DNA of 64,000 nucleotides, taken from IMG/VR virus record IMGVR_UViG_3300025276_000020, one strand, 5' to 3'. The DNA is from a virus. This document shows, piece after piece, positions 57,764 to 64,000 of the stretch (positions are counted from its first letter, which is position 1; each line of letters opens with the position of its first letter). The notes below the pieces were generated by a model. It ran no database searches and was not told where the DNA came from. It saw only the letters and a program-made list of their open reading frames with translations. Made by a program: the position numbers and the translations under genes.

Positions 57764-59845
57764 ATGAGCGGAGGGTTTAGAAATCCATTGTGGTTCGTTG
57801 GTGTTGTAGAGTATCGTCACGATGCCACTAATGATGGTCGTGTGAAAGTGAGAGCATTTGGTATTCATAGCGAAGACAAAGAAGCAATGCCTACTGAAGC
57901 CTTACCATGGGCTATTGTTATTGATGGGTCATACGGAGCCTCTTCTAGCATACCTGATACTGGTGAATGGGTGTTTGGTTTCTTTATGGACGGACGAGAC
58001 GCACAGCATCCTATGATACTAGGCAGGATACCAGGCATTAACTTGCAATTACCACCAGAAGCAGGTGCGCCTAATGAAGTGTCTATGATACCAATGGCGT
58101 CTATAGATAAGTATGGTAAGCCTCCTTTGCATCGAGCGATGGGTGGTGAAGACGCAGAGATAGGTCAAGCAACTATACAAGCCGCATCACAGAAGAACGA
58201 TATCGAATCAGCTACAGGCGAAACATGGTCTGAGCCACCTATTATAACACCAGAAAAGAATCTTGACAATAGAATTTATACCAGTAAGAATGACAATAAC
58301 TTTGTAGTCCTATCTGATAGTGAAGACGGAGATGGTACATATATCTTAGTATCACATAGTAGTGGTTCTGCTATACAGATAGATGGTAACGGTACTGTCT
58401 TTATTAAGTCCTTTGGTGACACATACAATAGCTCTGAAGGGTTTACTATGAACCGTACTGAGAACGATCACGTGACCAATGTTGGTGGTGATTATCTTCT
58501 TAAGGTAGAGCGTGGATCAGGTAAGGTATGGATTAATGGCGACTTAGATATCGAGTGCGAGAACTTTAATGTTACAGCCCGTGGTACCGCCAATATTAAT
58601 GCCGCTGTCTCTACGAACATATCTGGTGGTAAAGTAGGAATCTTTGGTACTAGTGATGATATTAACTTAGCCGCTCAAGCAAACATTAAGATGAAAGCGG
58701 GTACTGCCTTGAACTTTGGTGGTATATATGGACAAGCATTATATGGTGATATACATCTTGACAGTTATAAGATGAATCTGTATAGTAGTGCTTATACTAA
58801 GATACACAGCTTAGGTACTCCTGCTGTCTCTACACAGACATTACCGTTTCCTGATGTGGGTCATCTGGGGATCGATATCAATAGTACGACATCATTGCGT
58901 ATGAATTCTCTCCTTACTATGGACATTAATGCTGTTGGTGCGCTTGGTATTAACGCAGGAGCTGCCCTAGGAGTCAAGTCTGTTGGTACTATGGACTTAT
59001 CAGCGGGTGCACAGCTAGGCATAGGCGCTGGTGGACTCGTTAATATGGACGGATCATTAGTGCTTATTGGTAATGGTACTGCAAGTGCTACAGCAGGCGT
59101 AGCGACAAGCACAATCACAGCATCTAAGGCAGCACAGCTAGTTCAGTCTGGTACGGCTGCAATACCTCCTTTAAGTATAACAGAAGTTGCCGCTGTTGTC
59201 AACCCCGGAGATATCCCTGCTTCACGTATTGGTGTAGGGTATTCGACAGGTGCTAATAAGCGAACAAGGAAGCCTGTACACTTGACAAGTCGCATGACTG
59301 ATGATACAACAGACGGAGCATCCATACCAGGTGCAGTTACCTCTGCGGCGAATGCCGCTACTGCTGTCACTAAGGCAGGTACGTATGAGTCGAAAGAAGA
59401 ACTAGAAGCAGACGTGTCGTTCCAAGATAAGTTAAAGTCTATGATAGAGAAGTTCCCTGGTCTTACGAAAGATGAACTGTATAGAGTTGTACAAGGCGAA
59501 AGTAATTTCAACACATCTGCACTAAATAGTGATAGTGGTGCAACTGGTCTATTCCAATTTATACCAGGCACTGCTGATTTCTTGGGCTATACGACAGGCA
59601 AGATACAGAATATGAATGCTACAGAACAGCTAGGCGTCTATGATGAATACCTCACTAAGTTTGATTATCGTGGGGGTGATCTAGGAATCATGCAAGCCGC
59701 ACCAGCATATGCTAACAAGCCTAAAGACTATGAGGTTTATGCATACGGCACTAAAGCATGGGAACAGAATAAAGGATGGAGAGATACCTCTGGTAAGATA
59801 ACAGTGTCGAGTATCAATGACTATTATAAAAATCAAAACGTTTAG
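57764..59845 (+). CDS. gp5: Baseplate central spike gp5 with C-terminal lytic transglycosylase-like domain
   Basis: OB-fold WFVGVVE...GRVKVRAFGIH...LPWA, VFGFFMDG..AQ.P; beta-helix repeats; C-terminal GESNFN.SA.N...ATGLFQF. Confidence 0.88.
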   Translation: MSGGFRNPLWFVGVVEYRHDATNDGRVKVRAFGIHSEDKEAMPTEALPWAIVIDGSYGASSSIPDTGEWVFGFFMDGRDAQHPMILGRIPGINLQLPPEAGAPNEVSMIPMASIDKYGKPPLHRAMGGEDAEIGQATIQAASQKNDIESATGETWSEPPIITPEKNLDNRIYTSKNDNNFVVLSDSEDGDGTYILVSHSSGSAIQIDGNGTVFIKSFGDTYNSSEGFTMNRTENDHVTNVGGDYLLKVERGSGKVWINGDLDIECENFNVTARGTANINAAVSTNISGGKVGIFGTSDDINLAAQANIKMKAGTALNFGGIYGQALYGDIHLDSYKMNLYSSAYTKIHSLGTPAVSTQTLPFPDVGHLGIDINSTTSLRMNSLLTMDINAVGALGINAGAALGVKSVGTMDLSAGAQLGIGAGGLVNMDGSLVLIGNGTASATAGVATSTITASKAAQLVQSGTAAIPPLSITEVAAVVNPGDIPASRIGVGYSTGANKRTRKPVHLTSRMTDDTTDGASIPGAVTSAANAATAVTKAGTYESKEELEADVSFQDKLKSMIEKFPGLTKDELYRVVQGESNFNTSALNSDSGATGLFQFIPGTADFLGYTTGKIQNMNATEQLGVYDEYLTKFDYRGGDLGIMQAAPAYANKPKDYEVYAYGTKAWEQNKGWRDTSGKITVSSINDYYKNQNV

Positions 59846-59853
59846 GACATAAC

Positions 59854-61527
59854 ATGAGTGCGATTTGCGAAAATACAACACCACTAGCATCTAGATTCGA
59901 TTCTTCGATATTAAGACTTGACAGTGGAGCCTTTTCTGATATAATAGATATAACTAAGCTGGCAGATACTAACCCTGTTGAGAAAGTCAATAGGCAATCA
60001 TTAGTAGATGTTACGAAGAAGACTAACGCTATATTAGGTGGTCTTGATCTATCTAACTATGATACACTAAGGGACCGATACGAGCAAGCACCATTAAGCT
60101 TTGTTGACATCGCTGACTTTGTGGTAGATAATAACTATAGTATAACAGACCTTGACGATGATATCAAGAACTATAATCCATTTAATCCAACAGAAGTCGT
60201 ACCCGTACCTGTCGATTCATACTTAACTGACTTAGACTATCACCTGAATAAGAACTTAGGCAAGTCGATCTCATCTGGTATGTGTGGTGCATTCGCTAAT
60301 GTATTCGGACAACTCACTGCCTTATTCATTCTTATTGATACTGCTAGTGAATTAATGGGTGACATTAAGAACTTATTAGAGAAAGATCCCTTAAAAAAGG
60401 TCAAAGCTATCACTCTGAACCAAGTTATTACGAAGATAAAGGACTTGGTGCTTGAGATTATAGACAAAGTTGTAGAACAATTACTTAAACAGATAGAGAA
60501 AGCAGTGACTGCCACCGTTGGAGCACTCAATGATATACACGGTACTGGTCAAAAAGCATTCAAAAAGATACAAGAGATAGCAGAAGACATCAAAGAACTA
60601 TTCTCCGAAGAAGGTATTAAGGACTTTAAGAAGAAAGTAGAAGCCTTTCTAGCTAAGACTTCAGCACAGTTCGAACGCCTTACTGTAGAGAACGTTGCTC
60701 TATTGATGTTTAGATTCTGTCAACTGACTGAAGTGATTCAAGGCTTACTCAAGGGACCTGTTGATGGACTCAAAGCTCTCTCTAGTGCTATGATCGCAGA
60801 ACATGCTGTACTGAGTGCCCTGAGTCTACGAGAGACAGAGAAGGCAGTCAAAGCAGGTGCTATACGTATTGATCCTAAAGAACGTAGAGACGCTAAGACT
60901 AAAGCTCAAGAGACAGTGAATGCATCAGCACCAACTATTAAAGAAGTAGTAGCTGACGCTTCAATACAATCTAATTATATCACACCTTCTGAACTAAGTC
61001 AAGTAGAAATTAAAACTATTTCCGATAATCGTACAGAAGCAGGCGTACCAGGGAAGTTCACATACACAAGTGCTGTTATTAATCAGAACGACTACGAAGG
61101 TAAAGAGCTTAAGGGTGCGGGATATAAGAAGATAGATCCAGTAGTACTAGGTAAGCTACTACGCATATGTGAGCAGACAGGACAGTCATACGTTATTAAC
61201 TCTGGCTATAGATCGCCTAAGAAGAATAAGAAAGTTGGTGGTGCTAAATTGTCACAGCACATGACAGGTAAAGCCATTGACGTACAAGTAAAAGGATCGT
61301 ATGAAGACAGAGCAGAGTTTGTTGTGGCAGCGAGTCGAGCAGGCTTTACTGGCATTGGTGTATACTCATCATTCATACATCTAGACATACGTGACTATAG
61401 AGTCAGTTGGGTCGGGGGTGAGAGATATACTCCTAGCGATTACCCTGTACCAGATAGTCAACTCAGTAAATGGGTCGCTCATGTAGATAAGCATGATAAA
61501 GATTTATTCCGTACGAAAACAGCATAA
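59854..61527 (+). CDS. Helical protein with C-terminal peptidase M15 (Zn) domain
   Basis: INSGYRS...N..VGGA..SQHMTGKAID, GIGVY..FIHLDIR. Confidence 0.85.
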   Translation: MSAICENTTPLASRFDSSILRLDSGAFSDIIDITKLADTNPVEKVNRQSLVDVTKKTNAILGGLDLSNYDTLRDRYEQAPLSFVDIADFVVDNNYSITDLDDDIKNYNPFNPTEVVPVPVDSYLTDLDYHLNKNLGKSISSGMCGAFANVFGQLTALFILIDTASELMGDIKNLLEKDPLKKVKAITLNQVITKIKDLVLEIIDKVVEQLLKQIEKAVTATVGALNDIHGTGQKAFKKIQEIAEDIKELFSEEGIKDFKKKVEAFLAKTSAQFERLTVENVALLMFRFCQLTEVIQGLLKGPVDGLKALSSAMIAEHAVLSALSLRETEKAVKAGAIRIDPKERRDAKTKAQETVNASAPTIKEVVADASIQSNYITPSELSQVEIKTISDNRTEAGVPGKFTYTSAVINQNDYEGKELKGAGYKKIDPVVLGKLLRICEQTGQSYVINSGYRSPKKNKKVGGAKLSQHMTGKAIDVQVKGSYEDRAEFVVAASRAGFTGIGVYSSFIHLDIRDYRVSWVGGERYTPSDYPVPDSQLSKWVAHVDKHDKDLFRTKTA

Positions 61528-61554
61528 ATAGATATAACACAAAGGTAATTACTA

Positions 61555-61968
61555 ATGGCAGAGACGATCACACCACGCACTAGATTCAAAGCTGTATACT
61601 CAGACTTCCATAAGGATCTTTCGCCTATTCCAGGCAGGGGTGATATAGCACGTAGACTGAATGAGAACTCTGTACGAGAAGCTATTAAGAACCTCATACT
61701 ATTAGACAAAGGAGAGCGACTGTTTCAGCCTAACTTAGGCAGCGATATTCGTGCATCGTTATTCGAGAACGTTACACCTACTACTATCATTCTACTCAAA
61801 GACAAAGTACGTGAGGCACTTAACGCATATGAACCACGCTGTAATCTATTAGATGTAGAAGTACTAGGTGACATAGACGAGAATGCGATAACAGTCAACG
61901 TTGTTTTCAACGTCATAAATAGTGAAGCACCACAATCAATTTCAATAGGCATCGACAGGGTAAGATAA
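61555..61968 (+). CDS. gp25: Baseplate wedge subunit gp25
   Basis: YSDF, AIKNLIL..KGERLFQP.LGS, YEPR. Confidence 0.92.
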   Translation: MAETITPRTRFKAVYSDFHKDLSPIPGRGDIARRLNENSVREAIKNLILLDKGERLFQPNLGSDIRASLFENVTPTTIILLKDKVREALNAYEPRCNLLDVEVLGDIDENAITVNVVFNVINSEAPQSISIGIDRVR

Positions 61969-63726
61969 ATGGCAAACATATCACCAGTAACTAACTTAGA
62001 TTTCTTCGCTACGAAGACAGCACTTAAGACGTTTCTTAAGAATCAGGATAGGTTTGCTGACTACGACTTCGAAGGATCGAACATGAATGTTCTCCTAGAT
62101 GTACTATCATATAATACGTTCTATAACAACTACTATTATAACATGGCTATTAGCGAGATGTTTCTCGACTCAGCACAAGAACGTAATAGTATTATATCAC
62201 ATGCCAAGGAATTAAACTACCTACCACGTTCACGTAGATCCTCGATGGCTACTGTTACGTTGAATATCACTGCTACACAAGACTCGAACTACTTTACTAT
62301 TCCTGCTAATACATCACTGTCAGGTAAGTGTGGTAATACTACATTTTCTTTCTTGACAGACAAGACAAATACTGCTATACGTAATGCTAACACAAACACG
62401 TTTACTATCACAGGCATGCAAGCATTTCAAGGGCGTCTTATGAGTGAGACGCTATCTGTATCAGACTCTATTCTATCTAACTCATGGATTGACACACGCT
62501 CATTGTATGTTACAGTGAATGGTGTAGAGTACGTACAGAAGAGCGACATCTTTGGCATTAGTGCTACACAGAAAGTATTCTATCTCCAGCCCGAAGAAGA
62601 TGGCAAGTATAGCCTACAGTTTGGTCAGAACACGTTTGGTGCTCAGCCAGAGACTGCTGACGTTATCGTTGCTACGTATAGGATATGTAATGGTGGTGAT
62701 GCTGATGGTGTCAAGTCGTTTACGATAGCACAGAACATTGGCGGCGCCTCATCTATATCAACAAACGTTACAGTACCTTCTACTGGTGGATTTCTTTCTG
62801 AGACTATCGAGTCTATACGAACATTCGCACCTAAGGCATTACAAGTACAAGATCGTGCTGTTACAAAGAGTGACTATGAAGTACTACTGAGAAATCGATT
62901 TCCTAACATTCAAGCTATATCTGTATACGGTGGTGATGAAGTTATACCACCACAATATGGTAAAGTGATTATCTCTGTAGACGTTACTGGTGGACAGGGA
63001 GCGGCAGACTTTGAGATCGCTGACTTTAAAGAGTATCTGAAAGACAAGACACCACTGACTATCGAACCAGTATTCGTAGCGGCTAAGTTCTTATTCATTG
63101 ACACAGTAGTCAATGTAGTGTATGATGCAAACATCACTACGAAGAGTGCGGCTCAGATACGAAGCGAAGTTATTGCTTCTATTGTAGCATACCAGACTAC
63201 GAATCTCAATGACTTTAATAAGACATTGCGCCAGTCTAGGTTATCTGCTACACTTGATGCTCTCGATAACTCTATCATCTCTACTGATATCTTTGCACAG
63301 CCTATCATTGAGATCAAGCCTACATTGTCTATTGTCCAGAATCCCGCATTCTCTTATGAGTCTACGCTAGTACAGCCGTATCCATTTGATGCTGTTACTG
63401 GCTTCTCATCATTCACACCAGCTATTAAGACTACTAAGTTCACGATAGAAGGATCTCTTGTCACACTACAAGACGACGGTAAGGGCTCTATCATGGCTGT
63501 GACAGCAGGTACTACTATAGAAGGTGTATTCAAACGTAACGTTGGTACAGTTGATTATAGCACAGGTGCTGTTAAGTTGTCAAATCTTATTGTTGATTCA
63601 TATGAAGGCGATGCTATTAAGTTCACTGCTAACACAATTAATAAAGATGTCAAGTCTCCTAAGGACAGAATCATCTCTATACGCAACCAAGACATTACAG
63701 TTAACGTAACACAATTAACGGAATAA
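61969..63726 (+). CDS. gp6: Baseplate wedge subunit gp6
   Basis: LDF...K..L..FL, DYDFEGS, LSYNT, EMFLDSA, QDRAVT..DY, PPQYGKVIIS, GTVDYSTG. Confidence 0.93.
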   Translation: MANISPVTNLDFFATKTALKTFLKNQDRFADYDFEGSNMNVLLDVLSYNTFYNNYYYNMAISEMFLDSAQERNSIISHAKELNYLPRSRRSSMATVTLNITATQDSNYFTIPANTSLSGKCGNTTFSFLTDKTNTAIRNANTNTFTITGMQAFQGRLMSETLSVSDSILSNSWIDTRSLYVTVNGVEYVQKSDIFGISATQKVFYLQPEEDGKYSLQFGQNTFGAQPETADVIVATYRICNGGDADGVKSFTIAQNIGGASSISTNVTVPSTGGFLSETIESIRTFAPKALQVQDRAVTKSDYEVLLRNRFPNIQAISVYGGDEVIPPQYGKVIISVDVTGGQGAADFEIADFKEYLKDKTPLTIEPVFVAAKFLFIDTVVNVVYDANITTKSAAQIRSEVIASIVAYQTTNLNDFNKTLRQSRLSATLDALDNSIISTDIFAQPIIEIKPTLSIVQNPAFSYESTLVQPYPFDAVTGFSSFTPAIKTTKFTIEGSLVTLQDDGKGSIMAVTAGTTIEGVFKRNVGTVDYSTGAVKLSNLIVDSYEGDAIKFTANTINKDVKSPKDRIISIRNQDITVNVTQLTE

Positions 63727-63729
63727 AAC

Positions 63730-64000
63730 ATGCTAGACGTTTCAAGTAATATTTCGACATTCATCGAAGAACAGTATCCTGCTCTCTATAGGGAAGAGGG
63801 TAACTTTCTTGTTGAGTTCACGAAAGCATACTACGACTTCAACGACTCTACTATGGATAGAAATATTCCAAAGCTACGAGACCTTGATACGACACTAGCT
63901 AATTTTCTCATCTTCTTTAAGAAGAAGTTTCTGCATGAGTTACCTCTTGATACGATAATCGATACTAAGTTTATTATAAAACATATTCAAGACTTATACA
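63730..64000 (+). CDS. Baseplate wedge initiator gp7-like, N-terminal part (3' truncated)
   Basis: IEEQYP..YRE....VEF.KAYY, RDLD.T, IKHI.DLY; follows gp6. Confidence 0.7.
   Translation, partial: MLDVSSNISTFIEEQYPALYREEGNFLVEFTKAYYDFNDSTMDRNIPKLRDLDTTLANFLIFFKKKFLHELPLDTIIDTKFIIKHIQDLY

Overview
64 kb of a large T4-like (myovirus) phage genome, AT-rich and mostly + strand. T4 core genes are present: nrdA/nrdB, rnh, phoH, dsbA, gp33, gp59, gp32, gp26/51/54/2/4/48/53/27-like/5/25/6/7 and TATAAATA late promoters. Between them lie long accessory regions. The host is probably a marine alphaproteobacterium (inference from a circularly permuted two-piece tmRNA with an ANDNF...ALAA tag, a Shemin-pathway ALA synthase and a hemO-pcyX bilin cassette). 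Main points of interest: (1) an apparently late-transcribed cluster that joins curli secretion genes (csgF, csgG, two curlin-repeat proteins) to a FecR-domain protein and a CHASE2-adenylate cyclase, a candidate phage-encoded trans-envelope cAMP signalling system; (2) a glyA / hemA / heme oxygenase / PcyX / IscU / IscA tetrapyrrole and iron set; (3) a translation-stress kit (tmRNA, small alarmone hydrolase, two tRNA-Arg); (4) a family of near-identical palindromic early-promoter cassettes; (5) several unexplained structured intergenic RNAs; (6) NrdA with a glutaredoxin inserted before its C-terminal redox tail. All calls come from motif recognition by eye; no database searches were run. Many small hypothetical ORFs are not listed individually.
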